Shown here: positions 1-11,555 of the stretch, in pieces | Position numbering within the stretch: position 1 is the first letter of the stretch | How the letters are laid out: every line of letters starts with the position of its first letter | Origin: Macrostomum lignano | Taxonomy: Eukaryota | Assembly (NCBI GenBank): GCA_002269645.1 | Contig: NIVC01000903.1 | Coordinates: 210,459 to 274,458, forward strand | Direction: 5' to 3' | Length of the DNA stretch: 64,000 nucleotides | The notes under the pieces: generated by a model | What the model was told of the DNA's origin: nothing | What the model saw: the letters and a program-made list of their open reading frames with translations, nothing else | Database searches by the model: none | Made by a program: the position numbers and the translations under genes

Positions 1-150
1 GACCGACTGCTGTATCCGCTGCACTATCAGCAGCTGATTGACCTCAGCCACCTGTGCGGCTGCATTCATGCGGTCAGAATGCGCCTGGGCTTTGTTGGCG
101 CCGCCAAGCAGCAGCAGGTGGAAGCAGCGCCGAAGGACAAACTGACTTAG
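1..150 (+). CDS. 3' end of the terminal coding exon of an unidentified gene that begins upstream of the window
   Basis: GC-rich open frame 1, DRLLYPLHYQQLIDLSHLCGCIHAVRMRLGFVGAAKQQQVEAAPKDKLT, ending in TAG at 148-150. Codon style matches the other exons and AT-rich DNA follows. Family not recognised. Confidence 0.55.
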   Translation, partial: DRLLYPLHYQQLIDLSHLCGCIHAVRMRLGFVGAAKQQQVEAAPKDKLT

Positions 151-319
151 TGTGCGTTTCGTGCGCCAAGGACGCGCCGCACTCGCAAGTCGTGCAAATT
201 TCGCGAGACAGGAGGCTTTCAGTTTTCTAAACGGATTTCGCTAAAGATTTGTTTTTTTTGCATAGCGCTACAGACAGTCAGGGCCGCTGTACACACTCAA
301 GTAGAAGGACGGGAAACCT

Positions 320-834
320 CGTTTCTTAGAAAATGTTTATAAGGCTGTTTTATGCCGGAAGATACACTACAGAGATAGGAAGTTCACTTTTTCAGCACAA
401 AAATGGTTATTGCTTTTGATAGGAGGCAGACCCAATGTTCATCTTTTGATATGCTGTGCCTTTCTTATTGCTCTATTGAAATTTATAAAGCTTTTCGTTT
501 AGAAAACAAGAACTCTATGTCAATATTTTATTCTATGTGCATTTATCTGTACCTAAAAATCATAAAAATGCATGGCACAGCTCAAATCTTTGGTTCTATG
601 AATCTGTTTTATCATCTCTGTGACACAGTCAGCTGAGACTGATAAAGTAGATCCATAAAACCAATGAGCTGAGCCGTGTCATTTTAATGGTTTTAAGGCA
701 CAGGACATGCAATTGTACGTAGAATAAAAAAATTGCCGCAGAATCCTAATTTTCTGAACGAAAAGCCTTATGAATATCAAAAACAGCCATAAGAAATGCA
801 AAACATATCAAAAGATTACATTTTCTAAGAAACG
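320..834. mobile_element. Palindromic MITE-like element
   Basis: Perfect 17-bp inverted repeat CGTTTCTTAGAAAATGT (320-336) / ACATTTTCTAAGAAACG (818-834), plus inner inverted homology. A related diverged copy lies at ~28020-28360. No clear TSD. Confidence 0.55.
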
Positions 835-1214
835 TATGTGCATGCTGAGGAGTCAGCGAAATGGGCCAGAATTTCCACCAGCGCAGGTGGTGGGACCAGG
901 GAGTTTTACCATAGACAATACAATCGTGGAGAATCTTGTTCAGAAAAAAATGCACCCAAAAGAGACAGGAGACACAGAAAAACGGACCTGTTAAATTTGC
1001 ACAACTTGCGAAAGCAGCGTTCTGCTTCAGAAGAGATCAGTTGGAAGTTTCGGTTTCTCAATACTAAACGCTTAATTTTTCGCCAAGCCACCATGCAATC
1101 AGATTTATTGGTAGCAATTAAAAATAACTAAACATTATATTGTTGTTCACTGCCACGGCCTCTCGTGCCTGTCCAGTCCAAGTCTGTAAATCACTTGATG
1201 TACATAGATAATTA

Positions 1215-1490
1215 CTCGTATTTATCAAACCGCTTCGCTTCGCTGTGTCTGTGTATGTTTGAGTTTTTGTGTACCTGTGTATGTCTGTATTTTTGTGTCT
1301 GGATGCATCTGTGTATGTCTGTGTGTATGTCCGTGTATTTCTGTGTGTGTGCCTGTATGCATCTGTGTATGTCCGTGTATTTGTGTGTGTGTGCCTGCAT
1401 GCATCTGTGTATGTCTGTGTATTTCTGTGTGTGCCTGTATGTATCTGTGTATGTCCGTGTATGTGTCTGCATGCATCTGTGTATGTGTGT
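1215..1490. repeat. Degenerate TG-rich minisatellite (~40-bp higher-order unit)
   Basis: Recurrent ATGCATCTGTGTATGTC(C/T)GTGTATTT(C/G)TGTGTGTGTGCC blocks; source of ORFs 1165-1543. Confidence 0.85.
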
Positions 1491-2157
1491 GTTCTCGTCA
1501 GGGTTTGAGCAAACCAATATCAGTTAAAGTACAAGAAAAGTAAGCCGTTTCAGAGGATATAAAAAAGCAACTCTTATGGCTTCTGCAGCCTCAGTTTTGG
1601 TCTTTCCGGCACGCTATTTCTCAATGGATTGGCAACAAAACTCTCGCCAGTCCATTATTGAATTCTTGGATACAGTGGTACAGAAAAATGTCAGAAATTT
1701 GCTCAGCACATTTCAAATCGATACTGCGTGACGACTCTTAATCTCTTAGAATTGCAACGGGTTTGTGCGCTTATATTCTCGATTCGATTATTCTCTGATT
1801 TGCGCAAGTAAATACACATGGTTCGAAAGTTAGACAAGCGGCCAGAATAGAGTGACAACTAATGCCTTGATTAGCAATTTATACCAATATGATTTCTGTT
1901 TCGAGTTTGTTTGAGACACTTATCGATTGCATAGTAGCTGGCAAAGCAGTTTCCGTTTTTAATATTAAGTTAGAGATTTAAAAAATATATTCCTCAACAG
2001 GATTATCCACTTACTTTGAAGTTGAATCAATTTCCTCGAATCCAATTCGCATTGGCCTCGTGTCAGTCTATAACAGTTTTCCAATATAATTTGTCTACAG
2101 GATAAGCTGCCAATACTTAGGAAAAACAGACCGGGTTTTATATAGTAATATAGTATT

Positions 2158-2374
2158 GGGGGTGGTAGCCTAGTGGTCAGAGCGTCGGACTCACGAATGA
2201 AAGGTCGGGGGTTCGATTCTCGACCCACTCGGAACAATTTGTATCTTTGAGCAAGACACTTAACTCTGCATTGCTTCAGTTCACCCAGCTGTAAAATGGG
2301 TGCCAGCATTAGCTGGGGTAATTGAGGGTGTGTGTGGCGACCCCCCAGTCCTTGGACTGAACAGCCGTACGCAG
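2158..2374 (+). mobile_element. tRNA-derived CORE-like SINE, 3' truncated
   Basis: Pol III A box TAGCCTAGTGG and B box GGTTCGATTC. Body GCAAGACACTTAAC...CAGTTCACCCAGCTGTAAAATGGG resembles the CORE-SINE central domain. Near-identical to the copies at 20335, 34149 and 60792. Confidence 0.85.
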
Positions 2375-2625
2375 TTTGGAGTTTGTGCAGTTTGGAGTTT
2401 GTGCAGTTTGGAGTTTGTGCAGTTTGGAGTTTATGCAGTTTGGAGTTTATGCAGTTTGGAGATTGTGCAGTTTGGAGTTTGTGCAGTTTGGAGTTTATGC
2501 AGTTTGGAGTTTGTGCAGTTTGGAGTTTGTGCAGTTTGGAGTTTGTGCAGTTTGGAGTTTATGCAGTTTGGAGTCTGTGCAGTTTGGAGCTTATGCAGTT
2601 TGGAGATTGTGCAGTTTGGAGCTTG
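2371..2625. repeat. 16-bp tandem array (GCAGTTTGGAGTTTGT)n
   Basis: About 16 units, starting at the GCAG where the SINE breaks off. Confidence 0.95.
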
Positions 2626-4209
2626 TGAAACGATCCAAGCAGTTGTAATTTGGCACACAAGTACTTGGCCTTGCACTCAACTTGAAAGTAAAAAACGCAT
2701 TAAAATTCCTTACAATCACCATAAATAAGGGTTCAAACTTGGCAGACAGGGCCCAGTCCAAAACGCACAGAAATGAACAATTTTTTCATTACAAACGCAA
2801 GTTTATTTCTGTGGGAGAAAGTACAGAAATTACAGAAATAACAGACTGAGCTGATGCGGATGAAATGTGACTGTTTCAAAAAAAAAGAGCAAAAAAAGAA
2901 CGCACGAGAAAAATGCCCGATTTGTTTTCTTATTCTCGTATTACACAAAAGTGACAGTTAAAGACCAAAGAATGCTACTAACAGAAGTAGCAAGTTGAGG
3001 ATGGATGATGTGAATAGCGAGTACGCCCTATATTTGCTTGAAACCAATCAGTCAATTTAAGTAGCAGCAGATTGGCCTCACTTGTCAAGCTTGCTTGGCT
3101 TTTTACAGAATACCGCAAAAATAAATTTTTACGCAACCAACCAATTAAAGCAATAAAATTCGCTACTTGTCTACTGAAACTAGCAATAGAAAAGTAGGCT
3201 ATCTAGCGCATGACAAATATTCTGTGGTATTCTGTAAATTAAGTTGACGCGAGTTTAGTAACAAATTTATATTAAACAGCAGATTATAGACAGTATCATC
3301 AGAAAAAGTAAAAGAGGACGAAGTTACACTGGGAGAGGGGAAAAAGTACAAGTAATTGTAGAAAAAATAAAGACTAATGCACTTAGCAGTCAACTGGGGT
3401 TTGAGAGGGGGCTGAGTTGAGAAGCTGAGACTAAGAGATTAAGTTGAAGGATTGCACAAAGGCCAGGTGTCAGTCAGCTTTTCTGTTCCAAGCGCATACA
3501 AAGTTGTAATACATGATGCTGTACAATTGAGCACTACAATAGCAGAGGATGATGGAGAACCGCTAAATCCTAGCAGCAAGAAATGCCGTCTGTCAAAGCC
3601 GATGCACTACTACCAAACAGCAGTAGTGCAACTAGCATATTAACCAACAAATTATTTTGATAATGTAGATTTTTGTTATAAGATAATTGAGAACAATAAT
3701 AGAGAATATTATTACAGACAAACAGAAAAGGTCAATCAACGAGTAACTACTATATGTTAGCATGCTAAACAAGTAGTATCGAAAGCGTACTATAGCTATT
3801 ATATACAGATATAGTATGATTATTCAACAGATACGCAATGCATCACTGTTTTTATCAAAACGACGCGAGCACGAAAATTAAAGCTGCCAGGTTTTTTAAA
3901 GTACAAAAAATAATTATAATAATAATAGTAGTAATATTAGTAGGCTAGCAAAGAAACGAGTTCAATTTATTAACAGTAGCAGTGTGTATATCTGTAAGAA
4001 ATAACAGGCCACTTATGAGCAAGAGGCTTATATCTTAGAAGAATAAATAGTTTGCTGCATAGCTGACAGACAGGGATGACAATTCTTATAATTATTTCTA
4101 AGAAACGGATTAGCCCGTACTTTTAATTCTGTGCGAAAAAAGGTCAATTTACAAAAAATTGTACTTTAATTTCTGTAATTGTTTTGCAATAATGCTAACT
4201 ATAGAATAT

Positions 4210-4412
4210 CTCACGTCAGCTGTAAATACGTCACTTGCGTCGCCCTAAAGGCGTTTCAGAGTCCCCTAAGAGTCAATTTGAGGCGATTTGATTGTTTGAG
4301 TCGTATCTGAGGCGTCTAAAGCGCATCTGCGTCACGCATTGATGAAAACTCTATTTGATCTACTTGAGTTAGTAGAAAGTTAAGCGCTAACACAACGACT
4401 CTTGGACAACTA
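4210..4412. repeat. Dispersed repeat (other pieces at 6295-6365 and 33830-34012)
   Basis: CTACT(T)GAGTTAGTAGAAAGTTAAGCGC(T/C)AACACAACGA(C/T)TCTTGGACAACT is shared with ~33960-34012. GTCGCC...CTAAGA(G/A)TCAA(T/A)TT is shared with 6310-6345 and 33845-33875. Confidence 0.65.
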
Positions 4413-4555
4413 GTAAAAGCTAATTTATCGATTAGTTTGTGAAGCCGCCTGACCCAAACGACTCCCACATTTGTTTAGACACAGCAAAATACAAATAAAT
4501 GGCCAGTTGAATTATCCATTATCCCCAAAGCTTGGTGCACATGGGCCAAAGCTAA

Positions 4556-7500
4556 CTATAGGTACCTCCGCTTCTTGAAGCCGGGCGGGGCCAGGCTAGT
4601 GTTATTGTTGTTATTGACGCCCAGCCGGTCCCGCAGGCCGGCCAGCTCGGCCTCATAGGCAGCCAGCATTTCCGCGCCGGCGCCTTTCATCAGCCGGACG
4701 TCGGCGTCCAGCTCCTCTAAGGCGCGGTACTCGCCGGCCAGCAGGCGGGCCCGAATCCCAGCCAGTCCGCCTGCGGTTGGGCGCCGACTGTCCGGCCAGC
4801 GGGCCAGCCGGTCCAGCAGGTCGAGAGCCGAGGCGCGCCAATCCGTCGCCGACGCCGATGGTGATGATGTTGGCGCCAGTATCATTGTTGACGACGCGTT
4901 GCTCGAGGCCGAGCTGGCGGCAGCGAGAGTCAGAGCCATCGACATTGAGATTGACGAGACCGGCCCGGCCATATGCGGCGGCTGAGGCGCCTGCGGCTGC
5001 TGAGGCGGCGGCATCGGCGGTTGCTCCTCGTCGAGATCAACGCCGTGCACGGGTAGCGACGGGGCAGCGGCGGCGGCAACGGAGGTGTTGGTCTGCGTTC
5101 TGGCAGTGGGCGCTGTAGCGAACAGCAGCTGATGGTGCTGCTGATGAAGCTGCGGCTGCTGGCCTGGGCTGGCCACAATCTTTGAGGCGCCTGACATTGC
5201 CGGCTTTTGAACTACAATCACCGGCTTGCCGAAGCCTGATGTGTTCGGCCGGCTGATGACTCGGACAGTTTGCTGCTGCTGTTGCTGTTGGGTGTGATGA
5301 AGCAACGGCTGCTGCTGATGCTGCTGTTGCTGGGCGTGATGAAGCACCGACTGCTGCTGCTGATGCTGCTGTTGCTGGGCGTGATGAAGCACCGGCTGCT
5401 GCTGATGCTGCTGTTGCTGGCTGTGATGAAGTACCGACTGCTGCTGCTGATGCTGCTGTTGCTGGGTGTGATGAAGCACCGACTGCTGCTGATGCTGGAT
5501 TCCGCGCCCAGTATCGGCTGTATGCGGTGGTCCGGCGACAATATAGATTGGAGTCTGAACTGACTCAGATGTCTGCACTAGCACGGGCGGCCGGGTAGGG
5601 GTCGACAAGGCCTGATGCTGCTGCTGAGGCTGCTGAGGCTGCAAAGGCGGCACCTGAGCAGCTTGCGGCTGCGGCTGAGACGGCGGCGGCAGGGCCGACA
5701 CGGCAACATTGGCCAGCGTCACCAAGTCCTCAGCGATGGCTGCCGCGGTGGCTTGCGCCAGAGGATCGTCGTTAGACTCGCAAGCTGGAGCGGCGGCTGG
5801 AGCTGCAGAGTCAGGCATTTCTGCATCCTTCTGATCGTCTTCAGCCTGCTGCTGCGAAGTGGAGGCCAGCAGCTGGCGCCGGAACTCCTCTGCGGCGGCT
5901 AGGAGCTCCTCCTGTCGTTGCGTGGCCCGAGACAGCAGCTGTTGATTGGGCTTACTGGGCAGGGCGGCGGCCGCGGGAGTCTTGGATGCCCGGCCGGCCG
6001 CAGGGGGCTTCACCTTGGCCCGGTCCGGCTCTCGCTGCTGCTGCTCTTTCAGCATCGCAGCTGGCGGCGCCTCCGTTTCGCTTCCGTTAGCCGTCTGCTG
6101 CTTGCGGCGCAGTTCAACCGCCACAGCGTCGGCCCGCCTGCCAGCCTCGGTAAGCGCGGCTGCGTCGTTCGCCCAGTCCAGGGCGGGCACCACGCAGCGG
6201 CCTTCTTCGCGCCAGTCGCCGCCGGTGTCCCGGCCGAACACCTGGGATGTCAGGTGCATAGGGGGATATGGGTTTTAGATGGCTCTCAAAATGACGAGAT
6301 GTCGAGATACAGGTCGCCAAAAAGTCGTCTAAGAGTCAAATTGAGGCGCTTATTGTCTGCGACTCTGAAACGCTGCACCCCCAGATACCACTCGGGAGGT
6401 CGCTCCATACTCCAAGTATACTCCCATGGGAGGTGGCTGCACCCTCAGATACCCCCGGGAGGTCGCTCCATACTCCAAGTATACTCCCATACTCCCATGG
6501 GAGGTCGCTGCACCCTCAGATACCCCCGGGAGGTCGTTCCATACTCCAAGTATACTCCCATACTCCCATGGGAGGTCGCTGCACCCTCAGATACCCCCGG
6601 GAGGTCGCTCCATACTCCAAGTATACTCCCATACTCCCATGGGAGGTCGCTGCACCCTCAGATACCCCGGGAGGTCGCTCCATACTCCAAGTATACTCCC
6701 ATACTCCCATGGGAGGTCGCTGCACCCTCAGATACCCCCGGGAGGTCGCTCCATACTCCAAGTATACTCCCATACTCCCATGGGAGGTCGCTGCACCCTC
6801 AGATACCCCCGGGAGGTCGCTCCATACTCCAAGTATACTCCCATACTCCCATGGGAGGTCGCTGCACCCTCAGATACCCCCGTGAGGTCGCTCCATACTC
6901 CAAGTATACTCCCATACTCCCATGGGAGGTCGCTGCACCCTCAGATACCCCCGGGAGGTCGTTCCATACTCCAAGTATACTCCCATACTCCCATGGGAGG
7001 TCGCTGCACCCTCAGATACCCCCGGGAGGTCGCTCCATACTCCAAGTATACTCCCATACTCCCATGGGAGGTCGCTGCACCCTCAGATACCCCCGGGAGG
7101 TCGCTCTATACTCCAAGTATACTCCCATACTCCCATGGGAGGTCGCTGCACCCTCAGATACCCCCGGGAGGTCGCTCCATACTCCAAGTATACTCCCATA
7201 CTCCCATGGGAGGTCGCTGCACCCTCAGATACCCCCGGGAGGTCGCTCCATACTCAGATACCCCCGGGAGGTCGCTCCATACTCAGATACCCCTTGGGAG
7301 CTCGCTGCACCCTCAGATACCCCGGGAGGTCGCTCCATACCCAGATACCCCTCGGGAGGTCGCTGCACCCTCAGATACCCCGGGAGGTCGCTCCATACTC
7401 AGATACCCCTTGGGAGCTCGCTGCACCCTCAGATACCCCCGAGAGGTCGCTATACCCCAGAAGCCTTTCAGAAACCACTGTAATAAAACTCTTGTAAATC

Positions 7501-7981
7501 CTATTGATAGGCTGCCCTAGGAGTGTATCATAAATTGCATTTGTCTGATAAGCCACTGCAATCCGAACAAATACAACTCAGCAATACCAACATACCCAGT
7601 CAGCAATACCAACATACCCAGTCAGCAATACCAACATACCCAGTCAGCAATACCAACATACCCAGTCAGCAATACCAACAGACCCAGTCAGCAATACCAA
7701 CATACCCAGTCAGCAATGGCAGACAATTCCTCGTCAAGTGCAGCCCGGCGGCACTCGCAGCGATGTCGGGTCTCCGAGACGCCCAGGGCGGCGCGCAATC
7801 CGCGCAACAAGTCGCGCTTAGCCTCAGTGAGGGCGCCCTGGGCGCGCATTACAGACACGGCGTCGCCATATAGGCGAAGCTCCTTCCTACGCAGCAGGCC
7901 GAGGCACTCCTCCCTAGTCAGGTCCAGCAGGGAGGGGCCGCTGCTCCCACTGCCGCAGGCTTTCAGTGCGTTGTTCAGCAT
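4556..7981 (-). CDS. EMSY: EMSY-like ENT-domain transcriptional regulator, ~653 aa, 2 coding exons
   Basis: Exon 1 is 7981(or 8008)-7706 and exon 2 is 6241-4556, joined by a phase-0 GT..AG intron. The spliced sequence SLLDLTREECLGLLRRKELRLYGDAVSVMRAQGALTEAKRDLLRGLRAALGVSETRHRCECRRAALDEELSAIADW|VFGRDTGGDWREEGRCVVP matches the EMSY ENT domain and its following W..EGR..VP motif. Then Q/P/A-rich low complexity and C-terminal KKRR. Confidence 0.85.
5270..5490 (-). repeat. Coding poly-Q/His minisatellite in EMSY exon 2
   Basis: About 6 units of 36-39 bp encoding QQQ(Q)(S/P)VLHH(T/S/A)QQQQH. Confidence 0.85.
6370..7455. repeat. 70-71-bp tandem array filling the EMSY intron
   Basis: Unit GGGAGGTCGCTGCACCCTCAGATACCCC(C)GGGAGGTCGCTCCATACTCCAAGTATACTCCCATACTCCCAT; breaks into shorter subunits after ~7250. 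Confidence 0.95.
7579..7717. repeat. 22-bp tandem array straddling the EMSY exon 1 splice donor
   Basis: Six copies of CAGCAATACCAACATACCCAGT. On the - strand each copy is 12 nt of exon end plus the GTATGT donor. Confidence 0.9.
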
Positions 7982-10254
7982 TGATAATATAATCTGTTGG
8001 ATCAGCATTTTGTGGGCTTATAATAATAAAGTTATTTTTTTCATATTTTTCACTTGATAATTGTCAATTTCACATAGAGCTTTTTGTTTACTTTTTAACT
8101 TAACTAGTCAAAGAATTTTTATTGCAATAATAAATGCAACACTATAGTGAAAAGGCAATATTTAGTAGGGTATCTTACTTTTTAATATTTAAAATAAACT
8201 TCACTAGGTTTTAATAGCATTATATATATATTTTACTGCAAATTGATTTTTTTTACATGGGCCTATACTACAAGCTATATGATATATATAGATATCATTA
8301 TATTTTTTTATCTATCAGTGTTAAATGTACAAATCAATGACAATTAACTAAATGATAGGCTGATGGTTTATGTAGAAAAATTTTTTTCATTATATTTTAC
8401 TCTTTTACTTTGTTCTTTAGATATATCCATATCGGAGTCTAGTTTTACTACCTTACAAATAAAGAAATAACAAAATTCATTTTGACACTTGTCAAATTAG
8501 ATCTAAGTCTAAAAATTAGTCTAGATTTGTCTATTTATCATTTTTATAGCAAATAAAGCTAGATAAAGACAATTCATATTTAATATATAGGAAGGAAACA
8601 ATACATATAAATAGGTCCCAAGATGGCACGGTATAGCAAATTAATAAATAATAGGCAATTATTGGCCTTTTTTAGTTTTTTTCAATATATTGAATCACTT
8701 TGACAAGGTTTGTCTTTTTGACAAATCATCGAATAGCTAGCTACAATATGGCTTATAATATGGGTACAATATAGATATCTAAATTGTAGCCAATGACCAT
8801 TATTGCAGATAGGGTCTAGTGTGAATTGGTCCTTGGTAGTGCAATAGGGATAGATATTGCTACTTTGTAGAGATAGATATTGCTAGATATTGCTATCCAT
8901 ATGACATATAGCAATTTTTGATATGCATCTATATAATAGCATAGAAAATGTTTATCCATTAGAAGTCTTTTTTACTCTATCTATAACCTTTTGACATAGC
9001 CTTTATGCTAGGCTTTAATAGGCCAATGCATTTGCATATTTATAAAATTTATTCTAATAAGGGACTATGTCTATAGAGATAAGCTAGGCATATAAAATAT
9101 CTTTTTTTAATTATACTTTCTATAAATGCTAAGAAAAGATACCTTATCTAATCTATATTAGATTTTTATATATGTATACTAAAAAATTATCTTATATACT
9201 AAAATATGGCTTATTTAATAAAAAGTATAAAATAGATACCTTGTTTTGCACTGTCTAGGACTAGGCCTTTGTTATGGATTGCACTTATTGTCTAGACAAA
9301 AACTCAGATTTGTCACCATTGTCAGACCTATGCTATAATATAGTATCCAATTAGCAATCTCAATCTTGAAAAAAATTCCCAATCCTTATCTTGCCTAATG
9401 ATTTCAATCCTGTCCAACCTCTAATGTCAACCCAAACTTTCTCTACTACTACTGCTGCCTGGTCCCTTAAAAAAGGATCAAGATGCTAATACAGGCCTTT
9501 GAGAAGCTATAATGCTATAACACTTAGAGGCAATTATAAAAAAGCTACACAATAAGCTAGCTAATGGATTCTATGGACCATGTATTCTTAAAACTTAGCT
9601 TAGGCCTAGGCCAATTACAAAAGGGACCATTTAACAGATAGCAGAACTTGGCTATCTTCTAGAGTTTAGTTTTATATATTTAATAATTTAAAAAAAATAA
9701 TGATTTCCTTAGTAACTACAATTACTTGTAAACATTCATTGGTTTAGACTTGGTAGTTTGTCAATTTATGTTTATATCTATTAGTTTGAGATGGCTATTG
9801 GCTATGTCTATGGCCAAAACCTGCAACCACTCCCTGTTTTTTGAAAAGGACTTAGGGTAGGAGGGACTGGGATTCTGAGAGATTTCTTACCTTGCTTGCT
9901 TTTTTGTCAATATTGAGCAACAATTCTTTTTCTAATCTAAGCAATCATGGCTAGATATCCTATAGCACCTACTTTGATAATTCCTATTGCCACACATAAT
10001 GTATATCCTATGGGCTATGGCAGACCTTTGCAACTTCAACCCTATACTGCACAAATTGAATACAAGCCAAGGCCCTGTTTGACACCTACCTTAACAAATT
10101 TCTGTGGTATCATTACTATCTACCCAATATGTTTGAGCTTTGGCAACATCCTATTCTAGGTGGCACATTACTAAAATGTCTAAAACTTTTCATTTAGTAG
10201 TTTAACAAACTGTCTATTGTTTTCCAATGTTATAACTTAATTAAAAGTTTTTAA

Positions 10255-11555
10255 AAAAATTAAGGGAGTGCTTATCCCCACGGTCCCATGCCAATAATTC
10301 CAATTTTATCTACATGGATCTATGTAGATAATTTCTAGCTTATCCTCATGGCAGTTTATTGAAATAGCTACCACCATTCAAGTTTATAGGCCATGTCAAT
10401 AATTCTAATTTTATTCACACAGATCCATGTTGATAATTTTTAGCTTATCCCTATGGCAGCTTATTGGAATAGAGAATCTTAAAATAAATCTACTCAAAAA
10501 CTGTCTATTTGTTTACTGTTTTACAAATCTTCCAAATAAACTAAAGTATTGAATACTAAACAGTATTGAGTGACTTTGCTAAAACTTTTTTGGCATTAAA
10601 GGGTTAGTTTTAAATATTTGACTAGCTGCCAGCTTTGCTTAGAAATGATGAACAACCCTAAGATCAAGGTGAATAAGACTTGCAAAATTCAAAAGTCAAT
10701 ATGTAATAATAATGATAATAATACTAATTATAATGACAATATTGATTAAAAGTCAGTAACAAAACTAGACACAAGCGACTTCACAATCTTAGCTGTAGGG
10801 ATAAGCTGAAAATTATTGACACATCCATATGGATAAAATTGGAATTATTGACATAGCCTATAGACTTGAATGGTGGAAGCTATTTCAATAAGCTGCCATG
10901 GAGATAAGTTGGAAATTATCAACATGGACCTGTATGGATAAAAGGTATTGTCCACTTTGGTAATAGCCATTTTGGTAATAGCCACTTTAGTAACAACAAC
11001 AAATGAGAATAATATAATACATTAATTGATATGCTCCAAAAGAATGTGCGAACAAACTTTAAGAAAGAAGGACAAAATACATGCGTACCTGCATGTGTTT
11101 AACTTGTTTTAAAGTGTTTTAACCAATTTATTTTAATTTCCAGATGAGTTAGATTACATGCATTTTGTAATTGACCAAACTTTGTGTACCATTTACATTG
11201 GAATCTCTGATACTAGTTAGCGAATAGTGACTTAAAATTATAGAATCTATTTTTTTTCTTCATTAATTATTTAGATTTTTTCGACTTCAATGTGTGTATG
11301 GGAGCTTGCTTTGCTAAATTTAACAGTTTAACTAGAAAGTTTAATGATATGTGCAATAAGATATTTGAGATGTTAATTATTAAACTAATTATTTCTAAAC
11401 CTTATTATCATAAAAATAAAGTGTTGACAGTCATAAATCTGCTTTGTTAGGCCTACTAAAATGGCTGTTACCAAAGTGGATTGTATTAGGATAAAATTGG
11501 AATTATTGGCATAGGACCATGGGGATAGGCCTAAGCACTTCCAATAATTAAATGT
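10255..11555. mobile_element. Long inverted-repeat (foldback/MITE-like) element with interrupted right arm
   Basis: Arm ~10260-10460 is the reverse complement of ~10790-10945 plus ~11488-11550. Confidence 0.6.
10951..11480. mobile_element. Nested MITE
   Basis: TIR TCCACTTTGGTAATAGCCAT / ATGGCTGTTACCAAAGTGGA (1 mismatch), inserted in the right arm of the element above. Confidence 0.6.

Noticed and set aside
2158-2235. Possible tRNA gene (also at 20335 and 61020-61100)
   Set aside because: A and B boxes are present but the acceptor stem is not closed and each continues into the same SINE body.
5918-7520. 521-aa and 364-aa + strand ORFs
   Set aside because: Antisense to EMSY exon 2 plus read-through of the 71-bp intronic array; no domain content.
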